A DNA stretch of 62,253 nt, the filler included. It is 12 parts of 12 records of this genome, joined end to end, with 100 filler letters (N's around TTAATTAATTAA, not from the genome) between each part and the next. Parts side by side here need not be neighbours in the genome. Positions count along the whole stretch, not along the records: positions 34,225 to 38,340 come from SRR7504441_6796; positions 38,441 to 41,592 come from SRR7504441_6800; positions 41,693 to 50,167 come from SRR7504441_6801; 9 more parts are not named here. One strand, 5' to 3'. The position numbers and the translations under genes were made by a program. Below, one piece after another: positions 34,225 through 45,314 of this stretch. The notes below the pieces were generated by a model. It saw nothing but the letters and a program-made list of their open reading frames with translations, was not told the origin of the DNA and did not search any database. How positions within the stretch are numbered: the stretch's first letter is position 1; every line of letters begins with the position of its first letter.

Positions 34225-34641
34225 AGGGTCAGCAAGCGGCCAAGGGACGATGCTGACGATGACGTGTTGATTTGTCCAATCACACAAGAGGTGTGCCCAG
34301 GCATTGGCGACATGAAACCGGAATTTTGCGTGGTGCAGATCATGGAGGATCCGGTGATGGCTACAGATGGGCACAGCTACGAACGTACAGCCATTGTAAG
34401 GTCAGTACATGCATGCTGCAAGGGAGATGCATTGAGGCGCTGCAGGTGGTTTACGACGCACAACACGAGCCCCAAGACAAACCAACCAGTCGCAAGCAAA
34501 GACGTCTTTCCCAACTTTGCGCTAAAGAAAATGCTCGTGGAGCGGGCTGAGAAGGCACGGGCTGTTCGAGGTCATAAGCGTGCAAGGTTCATTGCTTCGG
34601 AGATTCCTCAATCGTCGCACTTGTCTTCTCTCTTGACATGA
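34225..34641 (+). CDS. U-box domain protein C-terminus, 5'-truncated
   Basis: LICPITQE|IMEDPVMATDGHSYERTAIVR|WFTTHNTSPKTN..PNFALK after removing introns 34291-34338 and 34401-34445. Confidence 0.88.
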   Translation, partial: RVSKRPRDDADDDVLICPITQEVCPGIGDMKPEFCVVQIMEDPVMATDGHSYERTAIVRSVHACCKGDALRRCRWFTTHNTSPKTNQPVASKDVFPNFALKKMLVERAEKARAVRGHKRARFIASEIPQSSHLSSLLT

Positions 34642-34727
34642 ATCACTGATTCGTCTCAATGCCGAGCAATGCAATCATAATGTATATTAATTAGTATCAG
34701 AAATTGAGCTTTTGCCTAGGTTAGGAT

Positions 34728-34759
34728 GCCCGAATATAGCCCGAATATAGCCCGAATAT
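34728..34759. repeat. 11-bp tandem repeat (GCCCGAATATA) x ~3 in a convergent spacer
   Basis: gcccgaatata gcccgaatata gcccgaatat, read directly. Confidence 0.85.
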
Positions 34760-34890
34760 TGGACACGCGGATTAATTAAGTACAATCATGATTGTAACGC
34801 GGATCCATACATGTATAATTATTGGATGTGGCCTAGCTTAATCGTCACAACATCTCATTCTTCACAGCAAGAAGCGTAGCTGGAGACACT

Positions 34891-36460
34891 TTAGTTCACC
34901 ACGCCATGTGCCACCAGCGACCGGGCACCGTCGGCCAGCGTCTTGCTGATCGGCGTGAACTGCACACCCAGATACTGCTGGGCCCGCCCGTTGCCGTAGT
35001 TGAGGCTCTGTTTAGGCGGCTCTGTCGCCATCCTCGGGATGGGCCAGCTGCTAAACTCCTCTTGATCCGAGAGCATCCCACAAAGCTCAATCTGCGGTAT
35101 GGCCGCCGAGGACGACAGGATGAACCGAGCCTCGCCATAGGCATTTCGCAGCCCGGGAGTGTCCAGGTCAACTGACATTGCTCGCACATGAGCGAGAGCC
35201 ACGTCTCTCACGTCGATTGCTCCGAAAGCCGCTCCGGAGACTGAGTCCTTGCTGCCGTCGAGCAAGCTGGTCATGAACTGAATAGATGCTGCTTCCGTGC
35301 GCGAGTTGAGTACCGGGCCCAGCACGAAGGACGGTAGAATAGTCACCTGCACCTGGCTCGGCCTGCTCCAGCCCAGCTGCATACCATCTCAATCTGCGGG
35401 TTGGCGCTAGCGAAATCAAATGCCGCCCGCTCGGCCAGCCGCTTGCTCAGCCTGTAGGCGCCTTGCTCCAGCGTGGAGTCCATTTGCCAGTCGTCCTCTG
35501 TCCACACATGATTCGTGCCCTCCGGATGCGCTGCCGCATTCTGCCACCCCCGCGTCATCCGCACGACCACCCCCCCCCAGTTAGGCGGCAAACCTGCCAA
35601 GTGACTGCTGCGCAGCTGGATGTGAGCACCACACGCCGGACCGATCCGGCGGCCAGGCAGCTCTCGAGCACGTTGATCGTGCCGTTCACTGCGGGCTCCA
35701 CGAATCCGGTCTGCGGGTCACCTCCCGGGGCAGAGAAGAAGAACGGCGAGGCTGCAGCCGGAATCGTCTCACAAACGACCAGCCAGCGGCGCACCGCAGT
35801 GGTGGACGATTTCGACACCAGCCATTGCGGTGTCGAACGAGCCTGGGACCATGAGGTCGCACCCGTCCACCACCTCCAACCCACTCAGCCTCTCGCCTCG
35901 GGCCGGGGGTACCTCCACGCCGCCAATTGCCTCAAGGAAGTCAGTCTTTAGCGGGCTCCGGCTGCGCACGGTGGCCCGCACCCGGTACAGCCCCGAATCC
36001 ACCTGTCACACAGGACTGGGCCCTGCCGGACGGGCAGCCCCACCAGCAGCTTGCACACCCAACCGGCGATATAGCCCGACCCACCGGTGACGCACACCAG
36101 CGGACGGGTGTCCTCCGGCGGCTGGTACGGCTCGGGCGACCGCGGGAGCTCGGCCCGCGCGTTGCTGAACCCGCGCTCGCTGTCGCTGAGGAAGTGGTTG
36201 ATGGGGACCGGCTTCACTCGCCAGTTCCGCCGGACCATTTGCACTACCGCGTTGGGCCGGATCTCGTAGTCAGCTAGCGTGAGCGGAACGTTGTTGATCC
36301 CGAGCTCGAGCTCCTGACCTCGGTGGAGCAGCCTGACGGCCCCGGCCGGCAGATTGCTCTTGGCGGCCACCCGCTCGATCAGCTTGGCGACCGTGGTCTG
36401 CGGCCCGGGCAGGTCGACCGTGGTCTCGCCCCAGTCCTTCTCCTGCACGTACAATTTCAT
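34891..36460 (-). CDS. Ubiquitin-like domain fused to DFR/CCR-type NAD(P)-dependent reductase (extended SDR), multi-exon
   Basis: N-terminal [38 protein letters not shown], then [55 protein letters not shown]. Confidence 0.85.
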
Positions 36461-36601
36461 CCCGTACTTTGCCCTTTGGTCCCGACCCGAGCAGCAGAGC
36501 TAGCCGAGCTCAGCTTGGAATCCGTTGAGAAGTTGTGAAATTCGCTGCGGGGGGTTGGTCTGACGCGTGGCCACGGCTGACTGGCCTGACGCGCAGGAGC
36601 T

Positions 36602-38340
36602 ATGGGTGCGGTACTCTCCTGCGTCATGTTTGACGCGCCCGCCCGGCGTTGGTGCGGTGGCTATTGCAAGTGCTGCGCCCTGTGTATAGACGCCTGCTGC
36701 TGCGGTGACCGCCCCGGGCTGGGCGGCCGGGCCCGATGGCGGGCGGCCAGTCTCCGGGCTCCCGGACGAGGTGGCGCCGTTGCCGGCGGAAGGTGCGCGC
36801 CGGGCTCGTGCTGGAAACGGGTTGACGCGGGCCCCAGATGGCGACATCATCCCTGTGACCACCGCCGGGGGGGACGAGATCCACCTGTGGGCCCACCTGT
36901 TCTCCAGGATCAAGGAGGAGCCCTGGTGCCCCCCCTGGCCGCGGGAGCCGGCCCACGCCCGGCCAAAGGTGCAGCCGGACAGCCCGTTTTAATTTAATCT
37001 ACTCGCACGGGCGGCTGGAAGACATCACCTACAAGTGTGCCGCCGGCACCGCCGGCTGCTGACTTGCCGCAGGGTGCTCCGGCATTTTCTCAAGTGCCTC
37101 GCGCGGCGGTGCGGCGCGGCCGGCGTCCCCCGCGCGAGAGGCCGGGCAGGCTGGAGATTAATGTTTACCTTTACGAGTGGCCGGGCTTCGGGCATAGCTC
37201 CGGGGTCCCATCGGAGAAGTCTGTGAACGAGGCCATAGAGGCGCCTCGGACCGGCCGGCGCTGCTGAGCCAGGACAGGCCGCCTACAACTATGTAACGAG
37301 CGCGAGCGACAAACGGATTGTGCTGATGGGACATTCGCTCGGTGCGATCCCCTGCTGCATGCTCTGAGAGGCTCTGCCAGGCTGCGGGCCTACGTTAAGC
37401 TTGGCAATCAACAGGGGGGAAGGCTACCCAGTCCCCCGACCTGCCAGGCCGGACCGGAGGGTGGCGGGGGCGATCCTGAAGAGCGCGTTCATATCGTCGT
37501 GTGCGGTGGCATGGCCAGCTCTCCAATGCTGCAACAAGGGGTGCTGCGGGCCGTGTGACGTGTTCAATAATCTTGACCACATCAGCGAGGTGCCGACCAG
37601 CCGGCCCGGACCGAGCCCGGTCGACAGGTGCAGGTGCCGGTGATGGTTGTGCACTCAAAGGCAGATGAGATGATAGATATCCAGCACGGCAAACGGCTAT
37701 ACGAGCACATCCCTGAGCAATGCCAGTGGGAGCCGTGGTGGCTAGAGAAGGAACGCCATGCGCACCTCCCGCACGACGCGCGCGAGTTCTTCCGTCGGTC
37801 CGTTATATTTATCGGGGAGGGGCTGACGGGGGGGAAGGTTGGACGATTTCCTGGAACATCTAGAGGAGCTCGATATGCCAGAGGAGCCCGAGGAGATCCG
37901 TACCTCCCACCGAGATACTGTAAAGATGCTCCCCCTGGCCGAGGACCTGCAGGACATTCAGCTCGGACTGTACGTGGCCCAGCGGAACCTGCTCGAGTGC
38001 ACCAACAACAACTGCCCTGCTACAATCAGGACGTCTCTCAAGCGCAAGGTGCTTGTGCTAGACGAACTTGTCCGCAAAGCGCACCAGCTCAAGAGGAACG
38101 CTCAGCCGTATGGCGGCACCATGCCTCTGGCCCAAGTCGACGCTGAGCTGAAGGCGATTCTGGATCAGGTCCTGAATAACATATTGATATACTGTCGTGT
38201 GATGAGGCACCAGCGTTCTGAGACTCTTTGTCGCAGGTGTTTGCTATCATGAAGACCATCGAGCAGCCGGACGACCTGTCCCCGGGGGTGGACCCCGTCA
38301 CCAGCCCGACCAGCCCTGACGAGATCAAGCTGCAAGGGCT
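36602..38340 (+). CDS. ABHD17-like alpha/beta hydrolase (protein depalmitoylase family) with C-terminal extension, 3'-truncated
   Basis: MG start with Cys cluster (CKCCALCIDACCC), LIYSHG, YEWPGFGHSSGVPSE, GHSLG nucleophile, VVHSKADEMID..HGKRL. Confidence 0.8.
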
Positions 38341-38440
38341 NNNNNNNNNNNNNNNNNNNNNNNNNNNNNNNNNNNNNNNNNNNNTTAATTAATTAANNNN
38401 NNNNNNNNNNNNNNNNNNNNNNNNNNNNNNNNNNNNNNNN
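38341..38440. other. Artificial contig-joining linker
   Basis: N44-TTAATTAATTAA-N44. Confidence 0.97.
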
Positions 38441-41315
38441 ATTGTGCTGGATGGGCTGCCGCTCCTGCCCTTGCTGGCGGGTCAGCTTCCTTCTTGCGCT
38501 TCTTTTCTGTGTCTGGTGACAGCGAGAGTGCACCTGCAATTCCTTGAGTGAGACTCTGCTTGCTCCTTTTCTTGGCTGGTTCAGTGGGCTTTGCAGGCTT
38601 CGTAGCAAGCTTCGTAGCAGGCTTTCCCGCGGGCTTACCAGCAGGTTTTGCAGCAAGCTTGGCAGCAGCAGGGCTTTTCTTTTGAACTAGTGCGACTGGT
38701 GGTTCATGCAGCTCGTCCTCGTCATGCTCGTCCTCCTCTTCCATGTGCAAGCTGAACGGGAACGAGAGGCCCATCGCTTCACAGTGCCGCTTGAGCCGTC
38801 TCAGATCGGAAATGCAGTCAAGGCTGCCTTCATCATCCAAGTGGTGTGCGTGAAATATCCCGGGGATCATAGGACCGCCAGGCAAATCGTCGTCACTGCT
38901 TTCGTCATCTTCGCATCCAGTGGTATCCCGACACATCTGAGCAAGGAACTGGAGCAAGGCGCTGACTGCAGCCAGGAACTCGTGCGGCGAGACTTGATCA
39001 GCCATTTTCCGGAGGGAAGCCTCAAGCGCTGTGGCGCCTGTCAGGCGTTCGGTCTTCAGCATGCCCTTGCCACTTGCAATCTGCTGTATCCGAGGCAAAA
39101 TGCCATTCCGCAAGATCTGCTGCGAATATTCATTCCAACCTTTGGTCAGTGCATAGAAAACAATCTGAACAGCATCTTTCTGTATCGTTGTACTCGTATT
39201 GTCGCCCGGTTGTAAGACCTTGGCGAGCAAGGAAGCAACCGCTGGCATTGTAGAATTATCCATGTTGGCGAGCGCTGTCAGATGCATTGGGCTGCTGTGC
39301 TCAAAGACAGACAGCAGCAGCTTCAGGACAGAACCATGTAAATCGCTCAGGGGCGCCATTGTAGTGATAAGGGATGGAACCAAGTTCTTTAGAATTTCCA
39401 ACTGCGTATCAATAGGGAGAAGGTTTGGTGGCTGTTCCTTGGATTCTAGATTGGCCGTATTTACAGCTTCTGGTGCAGAAACAGACAGCTTCAGCTGCTC
39501 GACGTCCTTCAGAAGCACCCATCCCCTACCCTGCTTCGTCTTGATTTCAGCCCATTTTCCGTTACCACTACTCCTGGAATCAGATCTCTTGTCTTGCTGC
39601 ACTATGCGCCCCTTAGGCAGATAGCACAGAGCATCCGAACTGGCGGACTGGCTCCCCCGGACTGCCACTCTGCTGTTTGTCACTTTGTATCGGATCTTCT
39701 CCGACCAGACTTGCAACGCGCCCTTTTCTGCTGCTTCCAAAAGCTCAATCACCTCTTCAAAGTTTTGGCCCGGCAATGTATGCACTTGTGAAATCATCGA
39801 CCTCTTGGCTTGAGCTAGTGGCGTGATGGTTGCAAACAAAGGGTTGGTGGTGCGTGCCCCGTGTTGCAGTAAAGTCATAGTTGCCTCCAGCCACCCGAAC
39901 ATGGCAGCAAAGTGTAGAGCAGATCGCAGTCTGCCCTGCTCACTTCCAGAGAGCAAGTTCACGTCCGCTCCGGCGGCTATCAGCTTCTCAATCATCGGAA
40001 CTGAGCCAGTGTAAGCCGCCCATGTGAGGACGGTCTGCCCCTGCAGATCATGTCCGTTCACATCGGCCTGCTCTGCAATCAGAAGCTCCAACTGCTCGAT
40101 GTCTTCGGCCTTGATGGCCTCGATCAACGCGCCAGCTGAGGCTGTGTGCTGACTCTCAGCTTTAGGACTCTGCAGCGAGTCTTGGCCGGTCAGCCACGGC
40201 CCATAGCCACGCAGTGACCCGAGGAGCAGAATTTCGACGAGTGGCATGAAGCACTGCAATCCAGGGCCTGGAGAGTGATGCGAAAGCGAGCCAGCCAACG
40301 TCTCACACAACTGCGCATCTAGGAGCGCAGTTGCCATCTCTTTCGACCGGCACATCTCCACCAGTAAGACCAGGACAGCGTGTTGAATCGACTCGACGCC
40401 TCCGAACCCGTCGCGCAGGTGAGACACGAGGTGATCGGCAAGCAGCTCCAAGTGGCCTGCGAACACTTCGGAATCGCCCACTTTGAGCCTCCACGCAATA
40501 ATGATGGTGCCCAGGCATTCAAGGACAGATTCGTTGTACCGCTTGTCTGTAATCAGCAGCAGCATGCTCGAAATGATCTCCGAAGCCTGCTGAACCAGCT
40601 CGGTCTTCTTCAGCACAGAGCACAGCATGTCGACAATTCTGAGCACCGAACATGTCACATCCTGGGGGAAATGAGATGTCGACGTGGCTAGAAACGTGAT
40701 CATAGGCCGCAGCCCGCCAGCGTCGGCGACGGCGTGCGGGTGATGCTCCGAAACCAGCTTGAGTACCTGCGCGGGGCTCAGAGCCTTACTAGAGCGCGCG
40801 CGACCTTGATGGCTGACTCTGCTGATCCCTTGTGGCACGTGTTCTCTGGGTCGGCCGGCACCTGCAGCACCGGTGGCTCAGAACGACTTGCCCGCCCCCA
40901 CAGGCCAGGCAGGCACCACGTATCGACACAGCTCGATAACCCCGCCTGCCCTCACCAGCCGCTCGACAACTCCAGGATGTGCTTGCAGCAGGTACGAAAT
41001 GGCTCGTGCAGCCAGCTCGGGCACTTCCTCAAACAGCTGGACCTGTCGGCCCGGCTGGTTGCCGACCGGTGCACCGTGCCGTGGTCACCTCTCTGGCGAG
41101 GATGCCGCAGAGTGCGGGGACGAAGAGCGACGGGGGGAACGCTTTGATCATCTCACGGACATCTGACGCCATCACCAGATGCTCGTTCATGTCCTGGGAT
41201 GGCGGAGTCAGTCGTGAGCCTGGCTGGCGGCAGGCACCTCAAGGCAACTCAGCTGGAACATCACTGCCTCCTCGTCGGTTCGCTGGATGAGCTCCAGGAT
41301 CTGACTGGGCTCCAT
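38441..41315 (-). CDS. HECTD1-like E3 ligase N-terminal half (ARM + ankyrin), 3'-truncated
   Basis: MEPSQILELIQ..FPPSLFVPALCGIL..LAARAISYLL resembles the HECTD1 N-terminus. Ankyrins GQTVLTWAAYTG and SALHFAAMFG. HECT domain lies outside the contig. Confidence 0.7.
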
Positions 41316-41592
41316 GGCCTTCGGACTCTGTCACCAGAGCAGCGCTGCCCGACTCGACGCCCTCAGACACAGCCAGAAGCGTCCCACGCCAGCCTCGCTC
41401 CGAGTGCAGTGTGCAACCAGCACCTGGATGCAACAAATGATGCAAGGCGGGAAACCCTGGCGCATGATTTTCATTTCATGATTTGAAAAGTACAACTAGT
41501 CAGAGCTGCTCATAGTCATTCAAGTTAACGTTGTAGTGTAACATATAATGATGATGGCGATCAACTAAACCTGCATGCTAGCAACCGAGGGC

Positions 41593-41692
41593 NNNNNNNN
41601 NNNNNNNNNNNNNNNNNNNNNNNNNNNNNNNNNNNNTTAATTAATTAANNNNNNNNNNNNNNNNNNNNNNNNNNNNNNNNNNNNNNNNNNNN
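41593..41692. other. Artificial contig-joining linker
   Basis: N44-TTAATTAATTAA-N44. Confidence 0.97.
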
Positions 41693-41880
41693 CAGCCGCG
41701 TCCTGCCTAAGCCGCTGCCCAGTCAGCGCCCGGAGCTTGTTCAAACTATCGCGCGGCATCTCATACGGGTCCGGGGGATCGCTGCAACGCCCTCAGCCGC
41801 CGGCCGGCCGGTGGGAGGCACCCCTGCACCAGATCATCCATGGACCGGCCGCACATGCACGACGACTCCTCACCGCCCAT
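41693..41880 (-). CDS. 5' fragment of a gene with a candidate acylated N-terminus
   Basis: MGGEESSCMCG (MGxxxS plus Cys). A 40-nt GT-AG intron continues the frame into DPPDPYEMPRDSLNKLR. Confidence 0.45.
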
Positions 41881-42182
41881 GGGGATCGTTCAGTCCTGTC
41901 CGTTATTTGTAACGGTCAGCCTAGCAGTACACATTGGGAGCACTGAAGCGAGCGGAGTAGGCCCGATCACGGCCATACCGGTCTAGTAGCGCTGCATCTC
42001 GCTGGTTTGTGAGCGTCGCCTTGCATTGAACTTCTGATATTGACATTCTATAAACTTATATTTATAAGCATTTACATGTAATGCAAACATAAACTATATT
42101 TGATTATATTGACATTCTAAAGCTGCGGAACCTTGCAATTGCGTGATCAATAATCTATACTCTTATGACCTTATCTGACCCA

Positions 42183-42999
42183 TCAGAAAGGCATGTCCGG
42201 TAGCTTTGCACATTCACGTTGCAGTTTCTCCCGACCCACCGTCCCCAGCCGCTTCTGCACCCAGCCACTCACGCCACCGGCGGGCCTGGGTCGAGTTGCC
42301 TTGATTAGCTTTATCTCTGGCATCAGCTCAGGTACGATCCCGAGCAGCGGCAGCATGAGCATCTTACACTTGCCAGCCTCCGCCTGACCAACCAATTGGC
42401 TCGATCCCGCGGCGGCCGCACCGGTGGCGTTGTAGTCACACACTTGAGTACGCGCTGGATGTCGGCCTGCCCGCTGTCAGAGCCCAGCGTCCGGTCGGCA
42501 CCTTATGCTGGGTGTATACGTCAGAAGCCTCGAACAACTGGACAGCCGCCGGCTTGTGCTCCTGCGCGTAGCCCCAGGCCAATCGCAGCTGGCAGCTGAT
42601 CGTGTCGAGCAGGTCCCCGCCGGCCGGCCGGGCAGGGCTGGGCGCTGGGCTGGCCTGACCAGTGGCGTCCGGCTGGTTAGGCGTGTACGGCATGTCGTGG
42701 ACCAGCGCCGGCACAGGCTTGGGCGGGGTGGGGGTTGAGGCAGGAGGCTGTCAGGCGGTCAGTCGGGTGGCGGGTGGGCACACCGGGGCGCTGGGTATCT
42801 TGTGCAGCGGGGCGTCGACGATGGAGGTTATGAGCACCAGCAGCAGCACCAGCCCGATGACGATCCCGGAGTAGATTGCTATGGCTGGGGTCACCGCCAC
42901 CGCCCCGGGCTGTGGTTTGGGGTCCGTCCCGAGGAACGGCGACTCCTCGTCCACGGGTTGCTCCGGGTGCACCGACCCTGCTGCCCCGGAGGCTGGCAT
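42183..42999 (-). CDS. Hypothetical single-pass membrane protein, multi-exon (start 42999 or 43050)
   Basis: TM helix IAIYSGIVIGLVLLLVLITSIV. Downstream Cys-containing exons joinable by mini-introns. Stop at 42183. Confidence 0.55.
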
Positions 43000-43099
43000 A
43001 GCAGCGATCAAGGTCTGCGCCACGGCCGTTATTCCTAACGGATCGAGCATTCGGGATAGCACGGTGTCCACAGCACTGCAGTGTCACCAACGCGAGACC

Positions 43100-45260
43100 A
43101 TGAGTGCCCTCCTCGAGGAGGTGGAGTGCCTTGAGGTGTGCCCGTTCTCAATTTACCGCTGGTCGGAGGGCGCTGGACAGTTCGAACATCGATACTCATT
43201 CCGCCGACTCGGCCGGATGCACCGCTGCGCGGCCTCCGAGCTGGGCCTGGACCAAGCTCGAAGCTGGTCGCCGGACGCGTCCAACCCGCTCACAGGACTG
43301 GAGCTGGCGCGCTGCAGGGCCGGGCCGGCGTTAGAGGTTCCCTCCTGGCGCTGTGCAGGGCTGGCCGGCAAGCTGCCGCGGCACGGTGCGCGGGGGTGGT
43401 GCGGGCTTCAACCGTTCGGCTCGGATGGCCGCACAGTGGCCGGTGGATTCACCGCAGCCAAGTGCTCAGCCGGCATATTAGGCGACGGCACGCCGGTGAT
43501 CATCGATCATGGAACAACCACCATCAATATCGAGTCCCGGGCCACCTCTGACGACCCGTCCGACGTGCACCTCGTTGTGAGCCGCTTCCTGCCGTGCACC
43601 TCGTTGGGAGCCAGGCGCGAGTTCCGGTCCGGCCGGCTAGCTTGGCTCGGCCCGGACTGCTGGATCTGCCGGGTGCCCAGTGGAGGCGACTGGATTGCTG
43701 CCCGCACCTGCATGGCGATCGACCTGGATCGTATATATACGATCGATGGCCCATGCCCGCACCAGCCATGCCCAGCCCCGGCCTGGGCCCTAATGCATCA
43801 GCAGACGTGGCTTGCGTTGGCCAGGTTGGTCCGGCTGGAGGCCAGGGAGCTTGCGCTGGACAGGCTGCCAGACCTGCTCGAGCCTGGCTGCCTGCAGCAC
43901 AGTTGTTCTATCGACCAGCTGGTGCACGCCTTCGATCGCATGTTAGGTCCTAATAGCCTATTCCTGGCACCTTGGGTGGTCAGCCGTGCCTACGCAGAGC
44001 GCCCCGGCTTCTGGAGATTAAACTGCGAGTACATCTACAGCTCGCGACGGTCCATTGCTCGGCTTTGCTTTGGATTGATTTGTCGGATTCTCTCCATCTC
44101 AGACACAGCCCTGTTCCGCAACCAGCACCTCCGGAGCCAGATTGTGGCCATGGCGGTGGCGGGCCGGCTGTCGCGCTTGGATCTTTTCCGGGTGTCGCCC
44201 CGTGTGGGGCCAGATGCAGACTGGCGGCTGGTGGCCGGCTGGTGCAGCTCAATCGGCTCCCCAGTGCAGCCAGTCGAGCCTTGCTTCGCTCAGCTCAGAT
44301 GGGAACACGAGGTCATTGCTGAGCAACATCTGTGGAGCGCCATACCGGAGTTCATTCGGTGCACCGCGCACAGCGGCTCCCTCCGGACTGTCAACCGGTT
44401 GGGCGACCCGGCGACCATGCAGGCATGGCGGCTGTGTGGCTGGACTGACTCGGATTGGTTAGGCAATCCACTCGCAGTTCGTGCCTCGAGCGGACGACGT
44501 GCACATTGTGACTTACCCCAAGGCAGGCACCTCCTGGATCCAAGAGATTGCCTGGCTGGTGAACCACCAAGCTGACATTGAGCGCTCCAACTCAATCCCG
44601 TCTGGCCAGCGCACCGTGTACATCGAGCTGGTGGTGCCCGGTGTTGATAAGCTTGCCAAACTGGCCGCCGCACCAAGCCCGCGGCACATTAAGTGGCACC
44701 ACTCGCCCTGGATACTCCCAACCCCGGTAGTGCGGCACGGCAAGATCATCTACCTGCTGCGAAACCCTAAAGACACCGTTGTAAGCTGGTACCACTTCCA
44801 GCGGATGAATACGCTCTACGGTTTTACCGGCACTTTCCATCAATTCTTCGAGCTTTTTTTGGAGGGCAAGACGGCGTACGGCAGTTGGTGCGAGAATGTT
44901 CTCAGCTGGTGGCAGCTCCGGGCCCATTCGAATGTGATGATTCTGACGTATGAAGAGATGCATCGTGACTTGGGTGCAGTGGTCGCGAGAGTAGCGGAAT
45001 TCCTCAACGTGGACCTGTCAGCTCAGGAGCTCAGAGCGATTGTTGAACACAGCTCATTCGAGCAAATGCGCATCAATCCGAGCACGAATGCACACAAGAT
45101 GCCAAAGATCGCGGGCGAAGGCGATTTTATGCGCAAGGGTCAAGTTGGGGACTGGAGGAACTATTTGAGCGAAGAACAAAGCAAGAGGGTGGATGATTGG
45201 GTAACGAAAAACTTTTGGCATACCCGTAATGACATGCCCGCGTTAGATTACGGAACATAG
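43100..45260 (+). CDS. Unknown ~430-aa N-terminal region fused to a cytosolic-type PAPS sulfotransferase
   Basis: DDVHIVTYPKAGTSW, KIIYLLRNPKDTVVSWY, YEEM, FMRKGQVGDWRN. Joined to the upstream ORF by a predicted GC-AG intron 44423-44462. Confidence 0.75.
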
Positions 45261-45314
45261 TCTTATGTCTAGGTTAAGATATCCTAATCGCAATACTCGT
45301 ACATGCACAAGCAT

